Assembly: GCA_977016875.1 (NCBI GenBank)
Contig: CDRNST010000060.1
Location: forward strand, 6,014,001-6,078,000
Length of the DNA: 64,000 nt
Source of the DNA: Pavona decussata
Lineage: Eukaryota
Direction of reading: 5' to 3'
The notes below the pieces were generated by a model, which did no database searches, was not told where the DNA came from, and worked only from the letters and a program-made list of their open reading frames with translations. A program made the position numbers and the translations under genes. How positions within the stretch are numbered: position 1 is the first letter of the stretch; the number at the start of each line of letters is the position of its first letter. Shown piece after piece: positions 13,547 to 27,376 of this stretch.

Positions 13547-13734
13547 CGCATGAGACAATTTACACGTTGCAATTTCTCGGCCGATTTGTTTTTATGTTGG
13601 TGATGCGCGGGTGAAAATCAGCCTGGTTAAAAAAAATCTGTAGCACTGACAAAGACTTTATAAATCGAGCCAATTTTCGACCGCTCGCCAAATCGGACCG
13701 ATTGATCGATACGTGTCCTTTAGTTAACACCATT

Positions 13735-16700
13735 TCAGGTGAGACCGAATCCTTTGCAGTTTTCAATAGCAACAATCAGCCGTTCCTTCAACTTCTCTCT
13801 AGAACTGTACTCAGGAAGGAGAAGCCGGTTAAAACAGGTTAACGCCGCTGGAAGTCGGTCCGAGTCCTCCCCGTGTCGCTGAACTATAAAAGTCAAGTTC
13901 AGAAGTCCCTTCAGAGGTACCCGATCACTTCCAGTGACGAACATTAAGAAGGCCTTCTTCTGCTCCAAGGTCATTTCGTTGACCACCTTCCAGAGCATGT
14001 GTACTGTGGGATGGTTGTGGTTATAGCCCTCATCATAGGTTGCTGCTAGTTCAAGCTCATGGAAATCAATCACAGGACAGCCACAGATCAGGAGTTCCAG
14101 TTCATCAGGGCGAAACAAAGTGAGCGCCTCCCCACCGCATACCTGAGATAAGATAAGATGAAAACTTTAACATGCACCCCCCTTAATCTGTTCCGCAACT
14201 TTCCACCATTTCCAAACGCACCCCCAAAAAGTGTCTGTGTGCTATTAAAACTCAAAAAGAAAGAAACGAAAGAAAGCTCACTTCCTAACCTCCGACCCCG
14301 AAAGTAACGAACCTTTTCGGTTCACAATTATACTATAAGCTTGCTGCTACTACTGAGTCCCCTAAAGTGTACGCTCACTACTTGCCCCCCCCCCTCCCCT
14401 CCCCAAAAGCAATGACCTCAAACTTGTACGGTTCCTGACCCTACCCTCCCAGAGGTTATGGCCAACGTTGTGACGTATACAAACGCTGACCCTTTTTTCA
14501 ATTTGTGTCGTAAAAAGAAAACCACATAGATATTGAAAGACTGTTAGAATGACTCACGTGCAGATTGATTTGAAAAAAATCTGAAAAATGACCGTCCATA
14601 GTACCTACCTTATGAAAGCCCCGAAAAAAAGCCCTGAACTGTCGTTCAACAGACTTGACAAGCAGATGATCCACATACAGTGATACGAACTGCTGTCTGT
14701 TGCTGTTAGTAACAAGGATGTTCTCTCCGTTCGGAACAAGTTCAACACTATGAAGGTTACCAAATTCGCTTGATGAAACCTGCAATAAAAGAATACACGT
14801 TTTTAAAACGCGTTCTGACCTGTATTGTGAACAACGAGTCAACCAGTGCTCCCACCAATAGCGTATCTCCACTGCTCACTATATAAACACGTACAACCCA
14901 CAATTCCTTGATTCGCTCAGGCGAAGGGCTAACGAATCTCTTTATGGTGGCCAATTTTCCTTAAGTTATCAACTCTGTTGATAAACCAAACATTCGTTTC
15001 TACCCCCCACCGACGCAGCACCAAAGTTTCTTTACAAAACTAATCCCCTTTTCTATTGTGCAACTGACCCATCAAAATCCACCTCGCAACACGAAGACTA
15101 ATTAATTTGCTTTTTCCAGCGAACACGCATCCTTGTTGACAGGGTGTTTCAAAATGCAACTTAGCAATATGAATTACAAATTACCTGAAAAGTGTAGCAA
15201 AACGTATCTTCCACGTCTCCATCAAACTCCAGAAGTTGCATCAAACTCTTAGCCAAGGAAGGCTGGACGCTCATAAGATCCTGCAAATCAAGTTTCTCGC
15301 CTTGAAGCTTCTTGTAAATCACCAAAGGAAAACGGACGTCTAATATGATGCCATTGTAGATGGCCAGACCCAGTAGAATACCAACCAACTCAAACTCCTT
15401 CTCCGACTCTAGGGACGAGCTGTTGAGCCACACGCTTTGACTTTCCTCGATGTTGGTAAACATTCCATAGCCTAAGCGCAGGACACAAATGATTAAATTA
15501 GAAATTAACTGCCTTCATATAGCGTGCGCGAGGGCAGGATTGGGGCTCGCAGGCTACATTGACACAACAAAATATCATGACTTGAAAACTCGTGAAAGCA
15601 GATTTCAAAATGTTGACAAACTCTTCAATTTAAAGGACAACAAACCTTCCAACACCTAAAGTTATTTCTGTACGACGTTTCAAGCTTGTGGGTGACGTTC
15701 TATCAAGTAATTCACTTTTATTTCTTTTGTCTTCAATAAGCATCTTACCCTTTTACTTTCTCAAAATTCCCTTTTAGCAAAATTTACCATCACTTCAATT
15801 TACAGAACGTTATTGATTTTTGTTTCTTGCTTTCTATTTGTTTTGGACTTATAGCATGAAGTTTCAAGCCTGGAAGGCGATTGGAAAAAGTGAAATATAT
15901 TTACCAGGGTCAAAAACAGCCTCCATGATCATATGGAAGAATTCCTTCTGCAGGCCTCCCATGTCGAGTCCCTGCTCTCCACCGCCAACATACTTGATCT
16001 TCAGTGGCTTCTTCAAGTCAAACTCCTGTCATAAGAAAACAAACAATAAAATCATCTTAAAAAGAAAACTGTTCACATTTCTATGCGAGTTAGTCCAGCA
16101 ACGTGCCCATGCGGGCTATGGAAAAGGTCTGGAACAAATCTCCAAGCTTTCATACGTAGAGATAAGATAAGTTGACCGTATTTGGATTAGGATATATCTA
16201 CATCAAAAGACAAACCTTATCAGAATTATTCCCCGACGCGATCAGTTTGCAATACTCAATACTGCATGGTCTTCCTGCTTCGTAAAAGCTACACGTGACA
16301 TAGAACACTGCTTTTCGACTCATTTCTGCAACTTCTGTTCTCTCTAAAAACTCCTTCCAATGAATCCCTTCATTGCTTTACTCTAGGCTCTGTAAGTATT
16401 ATTACCTCACGAAGTATTATAAGATAAAAGATAAGAAACCTTTTTTTTAATAGGGTAACTCCTTCAGTTTTTTGTACAAGTATAATTGCTCTGGCAATGT
16501 CACCCACACTTAAATAATTCCTTTTTCCTAGAAGTTCCTAAAGTTAACGCTGCATATTATACTAACGCGCTTTCTGGTTCAGCGTGCATCAGCTTTGGAA
16601 CTCACAACCTGAGTTAAGTTTTTAACCCAAATAAGCGCACAGTAAGTTTTTCAAACCTTAAGATGGATCTGGTTTAATGTGTCCTCGATCAGATGATCAC

Positions 16701-19700
16701 GGCGAACTTCCAGCACAAGAAACGGACACATGGCTGACTTGACTGCATCCTCCAAGTCGTTGTCATTCTTCTGAGCCTCTTCCCGTATTCTTTGTGCTTG
16801 TTGTACGCGAGCTTGATGCACAATCGCATTTTGGTACTCCACTCTCATCTGTGATACTGCATCAATTTTCAACACTCGCACCTACAGGAATGACAGGAGA
16901 GGGTGAAAAGATGAACAACATGGCTTGGTATTTTACTTGCGTAGAAGGTTCAAAAGAGTCAGAGAAAACTTTATACGAGTGACAAAATTTAAACACTGAG
17001 CTGTTGTACACCACTGAAGGAGGACACTATAAATTGAAATACAACAATAAAATGAAATAAGATAAGAGCCAGATGAATACAAAACTAGCGCTTGCTGACT
17101 CACTACTAAAATGTTCAGACGGAAACTGGTTTGAATAGACCTCTATTCGGTTTTCCCTTTCTTGGAAATCATTTGAATTCAGCAGTCACATTTCAGGACT
17201 GGTAAAGTGATGTTTCATCTTACCTTTGAAGTTGGATCCAGAAGAAATGGATAATCAAGAAGAGATAACTTCTGCCGGCTTTTCAATCTGAAAAGAAAGT
17301 AGAAGATAGTGATTTTTCTGGAACACCATCTTTCATACAGTTCCTACTCAACCCAAACTTCTACGTAGCTTCTTGTATGTTCCTTTCTCTATGTCATTGA
17401 CTCAAGCCTCACGTGCTTCTTTTCTTCTTTAGTAACGAAATACTGGTTACAGAACTATAAACTTGAAATAATTTTCTGTTCTTTCCAACACGTTCAGCTT
17501 AGACATCCACAACACTTCTTCTGTTTCTTCTTTTCAGTCTAGACTAACAAAACAAAACTTCTCTTCTCAAAACATTCAACACCTTTTTCTTTTCCTTCTT
17601 CTTTTTTGAAAATTAATCATTTCAAGCTCACACTCTTGCTTTCTAAAAAATTCCATTCATTGAGGAAACCAAGCACCACATATGCATTTTGGTTTCAAGG
17701 TAGAATTCCTATCCACTTGTTCTCACTATTTTTGTATAATTCTGTATGTTCAAAATTTTTATGGCAAACTAAAAAAACTGAAAAGTGAATTTCACCCAAT
17801 GAACCCTTTGCAGCTAATGGCCATATGGTACAAAGAACACCTTGCTGGAGATCAAGCTATGCACTGGGGCATCCAAAACAAAGAAAATTCAAATTTGACT
17901 GGATGAAGTCGCTTTGTTTTGGATGTCCCAGTGCATAGCTTGCTCTCCTGCAAGTTGTTTTTTGTACCATGTGACCGTTTGCTGCAACGAGCTCATTCTT
18001 AGCCCTTCTTTCCATTCTCTTATAGCCTTCACACACCCTTCTCAGTCATGCAACATTTCAGTGATGCAGACTGTAGCTTATCTGATGGTGCTCACCCTTT
18101 GGTGTGATTCAATGTCCTCCAATATTCATATTCCTTCTTGAAATCCATTTTGAGTGAGAGATCTTCACTGTAGAACTCCGAAAGTGGGACAAACTCCTCT
18201 TTTCTCCTCTTGTTAAGCCGGTAACAGGTGTCATAGAGTATGTTCAGAGCTTTACAAGCTTCCAACAGGTGTGCCTTACTACACTGACCAGGAGAAACAA
18301 GGCTGCCCAAGTACATCTGAAGAACCTAATAAAGAGGGTCAAAATAAAAACACCTTGATTATTTCAGTCAAGGTACTTACCTCCCCTTTCTTCCAGCCAA
18401 AGCCACTAGATCAGAACTATAAAATTATGATCCAAAGAATTAAAGAAGATGTGATAATTAGCACACTGAACCTTTACATGCAGCCCCGGGGCACTGGGGT
18501 GAGGTTTAAAATGCTATCACGTGGTTAGTATTTTTTTTTTTTTTTTTTTTTTACTAAAACTGTTTTTCTCGACATTTTGAAGATAAAATCGGCTGAAATG
18601 CTCGCCAGGCTTGTAGTGGGTGGCAGTCATGTTGTTTTGGCAGGCTTTGGCGGAATTCAGAAATTCAGAATCAGGCGGGTTACCCCACCTTCAGCATTCA
18701 CATGGAGAAAACTCACCCCAGCTAAACGGTTACCCGGCCCAGCTGACCAGGCAACCCACCTCGGTGGGGTACCCCGCTTCTCATATGAAAAAATCAAGAA
18801 AAAAAATTGTACGGAGAGATTGGTTACCCCACCTAGGCGAGCCTACGTGTAGCCATGCCCCCCCCCCCCCACCCGAAGAAACAGCTACACATAGGCTACA
18901 CCGAGGTAGGGTACCTCACCTTCCTGAGGTCCCCTACCTTCATGTGAACAGGCCCTACGTCTCAAATCAATCTCATTTTTTAGTCAACATTTTATAAATT
19001 AACTTTCCTAAACTATTATCTTGTGGCTGTACCTGAATTAAGTGCTTGAAGGAATCCACATCAAAGCTTGAAAAAACACCAATCAGAGCCTGCCGTGAGT
19101 CTGTTGGGAGGTCACTCAACACTTGACAAAGTTTCCGCAAAAGAGCTTGTGATTCTTGCACCAGAGGGTTCTCTATTAAAATGACTAACTGAACGACCTC
19201 GTCAGGATTTAGAATCATTGAGCTTAGTGCAGCAAGATGTATTTCTAGGGAATTCAGAAGGGCTTGAATAAACATGTCCTTGGGTTCCAGATCAAGAAGA
19301 AGTTTGTACGCTTCCCTCACTGCAAGAACATCCAAGGAATCATGAGCCTCTCCTTTCGCTGTTCTAAAACTATCATTCAATGCTTCAGATGATGTAAACA
19401 CTGTCCTGATAGTGTTGATAAGAAAAGCAGGGTCTTTGCACTGCTCATAATTTTCAATGGATGACTTAAGCATTGGTAGTGTTAGGTGGGTTAATGAAAA
19501 CTCTTGAATGACGTGACCTGAAGACATCTCAAGCGCACATTCTTTCTCAAACTCTTCCAAGTCAATGATGTCATTTAGTGAACTGTTTGAGCTGAACAGC
19601 TCTGGTGGCATTCCAGGCAACGAATGCTCGTTCATTAGATTACCAGACAAATTCACTTTTGAAAATTCTGTGTCGAGAGTGAAAACATGTCTTATTGGTT

Positions 19701-20562
19701 CATCTTTGACTTCAAATGAGGATACACTTGTTCCTCTTTTGTCAGATCTCTCAGTGGTATGAAGCTTTCCACTATCGTTTGTTTCAGTTTTAGAGTTTAA
19801 TATGTCTGAAGATCCATTCACCTGAATTTCTATCATTTTTCTCTTAGAGTCATTCTGGTGGGTTGATAAGTTCCAACCAACAGCAGAATTTTTTCTCGGA
19901 GGACAGGGCTGAAAAAGTGTCTTGAATGGTGTTGTTGAGAACATACAGTGAAGAAATGGTCTCGCTTTGTCAGGTTCTCCATCAAACAGATTTGCGGGCA
20001 AAGGGCCATGTTTTTGACTCTTCTTAATACAGACATATTGTTTACTTCTTGTGGCCAATTCTATACTCATCACTCCAGCAACGTCAGAAGTAAACCGAAC
20101 CCCATCCTTGTTGGAAAAACAAAACTTGTTTTTACAATCCTCATCACCACAGCCCTTGGTTAGTTGGTGATAATAGCACTTCACTAAATCTTCAAAATGG
20201 CTCTTGATCTCCGAGAACGATGAATTGGGCTGATCGTAACTTCTTAAAGGCATAGCTTCCTTCAGAGATAGATTTGAGTCTGAAATGGCTGCAAGATTGC
20301 TGGCACTCAGTGTTTTTGCACTGGCTTTTAGTGAGTTTATCTGAGCCAAACTAGAATATTTCTTCGAGCTATCCAAATTTAGACTAGTCAGCGAGCCGCT
20401 TAGCACATCTCTTCGAAGCTTGGGTTGACTGGCGTGTTTCTTCAGTTTGTGAAACTTGGTGATCGAATCCCCAGATTGCAGTGAATGTCTTTTCGAATGA
20501 GCCATCGGAATTTTTGGTGGTCTCGTTGACACAACGGCGTGACTGCTCAAAACATCATCCAT
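13735..20562 (-). CDS. HECT E3 ubiquitin ligase with AZUL zinc-binding domain (UBE3A/HECTD2-like), ~1011 aa; exons 20562-19033, 18325-18096, 17287-17224, 16881-16657, 16025-15905, 15471-15185, 14779-14609, 14142-13735
   Basis: AZUL-like YYHQLTKGCGDEDCKNKFC. HECT motifs LVLEVRRDHLIEDTL, GEQGLDMGGLQKEFF, GILLGLAIYNGIILD, FVTGSDRVP, LPAALTCFNRLLLPEYSS, terminal KGFGLT. Exons sum to 3036 nt in frame. Confidence 0.9.
14910..15053 (+). repeat. Degenerate copy of the Penelope-type repeat at 47340-47550
   Basis: TTCGCTCAGGCGAAGGGCTAACGAATCTC...GTTATCAACTCTGTTGATAAACCAA...CCCCACCGACGCAGCAC matches the reverse complement of 47340-47490, but the ribozyme core is partly deleted. Confidence 0.65.
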
Positions 20563-20849
20563 TCTAACCTAATATCAGCGCAAATATCTCCTTCGAAAAA
20601 CAAAAACAAGTTTGTTCCGTGAACATCAAGAACAGGGAGCGACTCGGTTTCGTTTGAGCGAAGCCTCTAAGTTGTACAATTTTACACTTTCAGAGTCGGT
20701 TTGCGTTATTCTTCCGTCACTCATTCCAGAACAAAAACGCCGCCATCGTTGCCGTGACGACTGTAACAATGGTCAGAGGCTTCCCTCGAAGAGTAATTTC
20801 CAAATATGGTGTATGATGTGTTTCTTGGCAATTTCACTTCCTCTCAAGC

Positions 20850-22470
20850 ATGGCGAAAGTGGTAAGAGAAATTTCTTGGTAGATCTCATTCTTTTAAACT
20901 GAAACTTGTTCAGGGATAGCTTTAAATTGAAATTCCCTCATACATAATTATTGTGGTGAGACAAGTTTTCACGACAGGTTATTTTTAGATTTTGAATACC
21001 CCGTATTTTTTTACGGTCCACATCATTGCAGTGACACGTGAAATGTTTAGATTTTGAACAGCGTCCTATAAGACATAAGCGGATAGTCAGTTTTAGATTA
21101 CTGGTTGGATTTCAGCTGATAACGATACACATTTTGCAATTGATTTCTACCAAAATTTGGTTGAAATCAATTGCAAAATGTTAATTTACAATGGATCCAT
21201 GACTGATTTTTAGCTTATAAATTGCTGTAAATTGGCAAACAGCTGATAAAATCGTTGATGTGGCAAGTTTTTGACAAAGGAAGGGCTTTACCTGCAAGTT
21301 GTTCAAACCTGCATTTATTTTTGGCAACTTCAATAAGTTATGTCTAATATTTTTAACTGGTTATGTTGATTTGAGGTTGTTTAGTCCTGACTGTAATGAT
21401 CAAATCAAAGCCTAGTATGTTTGTTATCGGTCGGGTGGGCACGTCAGAAGTTTGGGTGGGTGTTTGCTGCCCAGAGCTGCAAACGTGATCCAAAATATAT
21501 GATTTCCATCTGGACCAATTCCAGACCAAAATTAAATGCTTCAGAAACCATGGTCAAAGGGATAAATACACAAGTAAAAACTAAGGGGGAAATCTTTTAG
21601 TGCAAATGTCCCATGACAGTGTTTATGAGGGGACATGCTGTCCAATTGGTATTCTCCCATGGAGTATTATACCGTCCAATTACTTATAAATAAACAATAT
21701 GCTTGCACTTTCATAAATCAAATCATGGCTGCTGACAGCCAAGCAGATATTGAAAGTTTGATATAGTAGTAGTTGTAATAAAGCTTTTGTACGTAGCCCC
21801 ACCCCCACCCCTGTTGGCCAGCTTTAAAAGGTGTGGTAAAGTGTTGTTAAATTGCTGGCATCTTTTACTTATCAGTATGAAGAACACACAGTCCCCATGT
21901 TTGACCGGCAGCTGTTAAAAGAAGTTGACCTCAGTAAAGGAGAATGCAGATTACATGAATGCGGTTTATCTATTGATAATCCGGGTGATAATTTGGTGTT
22001 AAGGCCATTGTGCAGTGATGACTATGATAAAGGTACATCAATCATTTTATTCTAAATATTAATTAAAGTGTGTACCCCTCCTTGTTTTTGATTTTTTTCT
22101 TATACTATATCTAGTAAATTACAAGTGTACCATCCAATGGCAAATCCTTGCTTTTCAAAAGTCAAATAATAATAATAATAATAATGATGATGATGATGAT
22201 AAGGATTGCTTGGCTTTATAAAAAAAAAAAAAGAGGGGATGGGTGAGAACCTCTGAACGATGCCTGCAAACAGCAACCTTCATTGACTACATAAGCTACC
22301 TTTGCTTATAGGACTACTCGTTGTTTATGCAAAGCACTATTGATAAAACAGAAACCAGCCATGCTCACTGGTTTAAGGATTGAACTCAGTACATGGGTGA
22401 GAAGGCAAGGAAATTCAGAAAGAACAAGATGATATTGATAATAATAATAATAATAATGATAATAATAATA

Positions 22471-22513
<43 letters not shown>

Positions 22514-24100
22514 TAATAATATTGTTTTTTATTGTTATCTAACAGAGTCTTCATTTTTTTTTCAGGGTTTGTAACACTTCTTAGTCAGCTTACCAAGGTT
22601 GGAGATGTCACAAAGGAGCTGTTTCTGAGTAAGATAATTATTCCAGATTTCTGTTAATTATTATTTACATGTTTACACGTTAAGTGAAGTACCTGAGTGT
22701 ATTTCCTGGGATAACAGGCCTATCTTGGGGGGGGGGGATATAAAAATATGGAAATGCAGTTCTGAAATTCAAAAATTAACGAAATTACTCAAACTTTATT
22801 TATTTCCATCCAGAGCGCTTCCATGCTATGAGATCCTGTGCTGGCACATATTATCTTATTGTGGTGGAGGACACTGAGTTAGAAAAGATAGTCGCCTGTG
22901 GAACACTTATTGTAGAACAAAAATTCATCCACACAATTGCTTTGGTATGTGTTATTCACATAATTATTCTCTTTTCTTGGTTAAAATTGTACATGGAGAG
23001 GCACAGGGTTGCCAGAGTGGTTCTAAGACAAGAGGACTGGTGATTCATATGTCCAAGTTTCAAGACATTTCTCTGACCACTGGATGGATCTGTTTCACGT
23101 TAGTTCTCAGTTCAAAGCTGCAAATAAAAATTAAAAGCCTCCCTGCAGGCTGGGACTTTCAAAGACTTTTATGTTTATATTAATTAATTTGGTGTTTTTA
23201 GTTCGTGGGCAAGATAAAAAATTCCATCTGCTGCCGGAACCAGTCAGATTTCCTTATTTCCAGAATTCCACTCGGTCACGCAAATATGAGAAAAAATATG
23301 GTATAAATACACAGTAAAGAGGGAAGGATAAAAGAGAGTGCAAGAAACTGAACAGTTTGAGTAACAGTCAAAATCAAATAAGATTTAATGATAAATTAAT
23401 TGGATATATTTAGGTGAGTGCAAGTTGTTCTAACAAGAGCAATTCATTATTTTTTTTTAGCGAGCAAGAATTGAAGACATTGTAGTTGATGATAGTTGTC
23501 GAGGGAAGAAGATAGGAAAACTGTAAGTGAATTTCTCTTTTATAAACAAATATGCTACGTTCTACAATAAAACTAAGAAACTCTTGCAGTCTATAAATAT
23601 TTCTGGAATGTTTATTGTGTTGGGAAAGAAAATCAACAGACATGAGAGGAAAAAACCACAAACTGTAACAGCAATTATTTTATATTGTAGCCTCCCTCGC
23701 AGACGCTCTTTTGGCTTGTCACACAATCTTTCTTCTCCAAGCATTGCCTGACAAGCCAAAGAGCATTTGCGAGGGAGGCTATTATTTTTGTGGTTTGTGC
23801 TTTTTTTCTTGTGGTTTGATTTCACCTCTGATTGGTTGCAGAACAATAAACATATTTCCAGAAATTATTCTTAGTGTTCCCGATTTTCTTAGTTTTGCTA
23901 CAATTTTTTCGTAATTCTCAACAATGTTCTTTGTGCTACTGTGTTCCAGGATTGTGGAGACGTTGATGTTGCTTGGTGAGAGGTTAGGATGTTACAAGAT
24001 CAGTTTGGAGTGCAAGGATCCCTTGCTTTCTTTTTACACACAATTTGGACTCAAACGTGAGGATCAACAAAACTATCTCTGTAAAAGGTTTTTTCACTAA
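20850..24100 (+). CDS. GNPNAT1: Glucosamine-6-phosphate N-acetyltransferase, ~191 aa; exons 20850-20861, 21876-22032, 22566-22628, 22814-22944, 23461-23522, 23950-24100
   Basis: PGDNLVLRPLCSDDYDKGFVTLLSQLTKVG, TLIVEQKFIH, RARIEDIVVDDSCRGKKIGK (GNAT acetyl-CoA motif), LGCYKISLEC. Exons total 576 nt in frame. The 12-nt first exon is less certain. Confidence 0.92.
22439..22520 (+). repeat. (AAT)n microsatellite in a GNPNAT1 intron
   Basis: Long run of ataataata... read directly. Confidence 0.95.
23688..23781. mobile_element. Short TAGCC...GGCTA MITE
   Basis: TAGCCTCCCTCGCAGACGCTCTTTTGGCTTGTCA ... TGACAAGCCAAAGAGCATTTGCGAGGGAGGCTA; imperfect ~9-bp flanking duplication. Confidence 0.7.
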
Positions 24101-27100
24101 AATCCTCTATAAAGGCATTGAATAGAAATATATTTTGCAAGGGATTTCAGATAGACACTTAACAAAGTGCATATAATGCACTGTTTAGAGGCTTTCTTCT
24201 TCTGTATGAAATACCATCAATTTAGATTGCCCAGTCTGAATGGCCACTGCACTCTTTCCACATTAAAATTAATGTGAGTGAAATTTTCACTCACCGTATT
24301 TATAAATCTGGATAGTGGCTTTACAAACACAGCAATGATACGAAGAAGTTTAAAGGAATTTTAACAGTTATGGTTATTTTAGTTGTAACCTTGATGGCTG
24401 CAACAATACATGGGAGTAGCTTGTTAACATGCATTTGTAGAAGAGAGTAGCCAGGGTGTACTCTAATCCTGAAGTATGGACTAGATCTGGGGTTAGTCAT
24501 ATTGTCTGGTACAGTAAACTAACAGGTCTGTTGCAGTATATTTCATTATTTGAATGAATTACCAATACAAAATTATCATCAAAAATAACAAAATTGTGCT
24601 GTAGCTTTAGATTTCACAGGAACGTAAGTTTCATGACTGATTTGTTAATACAGCATTAAATTTGCTGTTGTTTAATTATTTAAGCCATTGACAAAAAGGC
24701 TCATCACACATAAGTTAAATTATTTGGCAACCCAACTAAATTAAGGCTATCGTTAATGTTGTAAAAACATGTTGTGAAACATATTTGTTTTTACATGTTA
24801 AGTGTAATCCCTAGAAGTCAACATTCTATTAAAGTGTTACCGTCATAATGTTAAGTCCTAATCATCAGGTAAAGTTACCTTTCAATGGTGCTTGATCTCT
24901 ACCGGACATAAGTCGACATACAGTTACACATGAATTCCGAGGAACTGAGCAAAAGCTATATCCAAGGTGGAATATTGTGTATCTTTAAAAGCCAAATGAA
25001 AGTTACTATGTTTATAATCCTTCAAACATTTTCATTGGAAGTGTGAATGGGTTGTTTACTGAAAGCTTGTATAGAATGTTGACTGCCAGGTATATTAATT
25101 TAATTTGTATTTTCCACTACTACTTTCATTTCATTGAAGTGACTCACGTTTGGAAAACTGAGGGATATCACCTGATATTTCCGCATGTTAGTTGGAGCTT
25201 CATTTTTGCAAACAGAATTGAGCTGCAAAGTGGCAGCAACAAGCTGCGGAGCTTGTTGTCGCACTTCACAGTTCAATTCTGTTTCAGGAGAAAGCTCTGG
25301 GACCAGGGGAGGACTATCCCAGGAGGTGAATAAAAACTACTATCTGTAATTTCAGTGGCCAATTAGAGCGCACAAAAACCATCATCCACTGGTTTAGTAT
25401 ATATTTGTTCCAATAAATTCGTGGGTATTTATTTCTTATAAACTTTAAGGCTTTTTTATTCTACTGGACTCCACTTCTGAGGAGTTTGGAGTTTGGTTTC
25501 CAGCCCTTTTTATCTGTGGGATGCTATATTTTATTATGCTCTAAGATTGTAACATAGTTACTGGTATTTGCAATTTCGTTCAATATAGTGAGGAATTTAT
25601 ATTATTTTTGTTGAATTGGTGTGTTGTTACAAACACAGTCATAAACCAGAGTTTAAATGAGGGTAAGAGATTGTGGGAAGGAGAAGCTCAGTTTTTGTTT
25701 TTGGTGAGAAATAAAAAATACTATAATAAGATGAATTTGATTTGTTGATTGCTTGATATAGTTAACTAATTATTTGAAAGGCATGTCTTTTAATCCTCTA
25801 ATTCTTTTCCTTTGATGTGCTGGGTAATCATTTTCCATTATGATTTCTGATTCAAGATTTTAAATGAAATAATTTATGGAAACAAGAGAATTTTGTAAAT
25901 CCTTGTCCCTTGGTAGCCATTTTCAAACTTGAATCATGCTAAGTGGTGCGAACTTTCAGAGAGGTGAACTTTATCAAGCGGTAGGTGTTCTGCAGACAGT
26001 TTTTATTACTTTCACCCAATATTTTACAGCAAATAAATAAAATATAAATATGTAAAACAATATTAACATATTTTTACAATCTCAACAGCTTTGGCCAGAT
26101 AATTCTGAGCCATCTTCAACAAATAAACAATTAAATTATCCATAAAAGACTAATAGTCATTAATAACTTATGAAAGAATGAGTGATTCTATTTAAACCAT
26201 GAAAAATGAAGAATCCAACCCTTCACCAACAAAATATTTTATCTTGTCAATTTGGTTGTCAGATATAGGTATAGGAGGTAAAAATTAAACAACTTTATTA
26301 TAACCAAACTTAAAAAAAATAATTATAACATGAAATCAAATTGAATAGACAACAAGCCCAGTATTAAATTAATTTTAGAATAAACTTCTGTCCAATTCCA
26401 ACTAATCTAAACTTTGATTTGAACACTCGCATATTCTTTGTTATTTATTTGTTCAATTTCCTTCTTTCCAATATAATTAGTACGTCATAAGTAATAACAA
26501 CATTACATTCATCTGTTATAAAATCAGCATAGCTCAACAGCGTTTCCTTGAGATAATTTTTTGTGTTTACACATCATTAATTTTGTGTCATCAGTGCAAG
26601 CGCGACAACATTCATCGCACAATTCTTAACTTTACTACAATCTTCTACATTTAACTAACAATATCCTAACAATGTATTATGAATCAGTCATTTTGATAAT
26701 TATTTTTCTACATTCAAAATATGTACACAAACAATTCTCACAATCTCTTCTACCTTAATTACGGACTGTTGCTTTTGATCTTCATCGCAAACTATAGCAG
26801 ACTAGCAAACAAGGAACTGTCTCACAAATAAGTATTACATTAGTTGCACAGTAAAGTCCACTAACCAACACCTTTTACCATTTTTCCTATCCTTTAAGTT
26901 AGGCCAAGATAAAAATATTGTAATCTTCAAATAAATAGCTACACTAACAAGGAAGAGACAACCAGATGAGTGTAGAAGCAATTTGAGAGGAAAAAATGAA
27001 AAGAAATACAAAGTAAACAGTTTGAAATCACTTTGAAAATAAGAAAAATTAATTTTCCACCCAAGATAGGTGTCTGTCTAAAACTTTTTGTGAGTCTCAG

Positions 27101-27376
27101 AAAAGTGTTTGACTGGTAGAAATCACCTTGTCCACCCTACGGAGGTTTTCATGCCCATCTTAAAGGTACATGCCCAGCTTGCACAGGAATCCACTAGAGA
27201 GGTCTCCTCACTTACTGGTGGATGAAGTAATAATTTAAGGTGGGCACAAAGTTCCATGTACCCATCATGATGAGAAAAAATAGTCTGTGATAAATTATTT
27301 TAAGAAATAAATAATTATTAGTATTATTCAACAATAAATAACTAAATGATAAATTCCCTCAGGTTAATCACTGTTT

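Noticed and set aside
22306-22554. Poly-Tyr ORF
   Set aside because: Translation of an (AAT)n microsatellite on the opposite strand.
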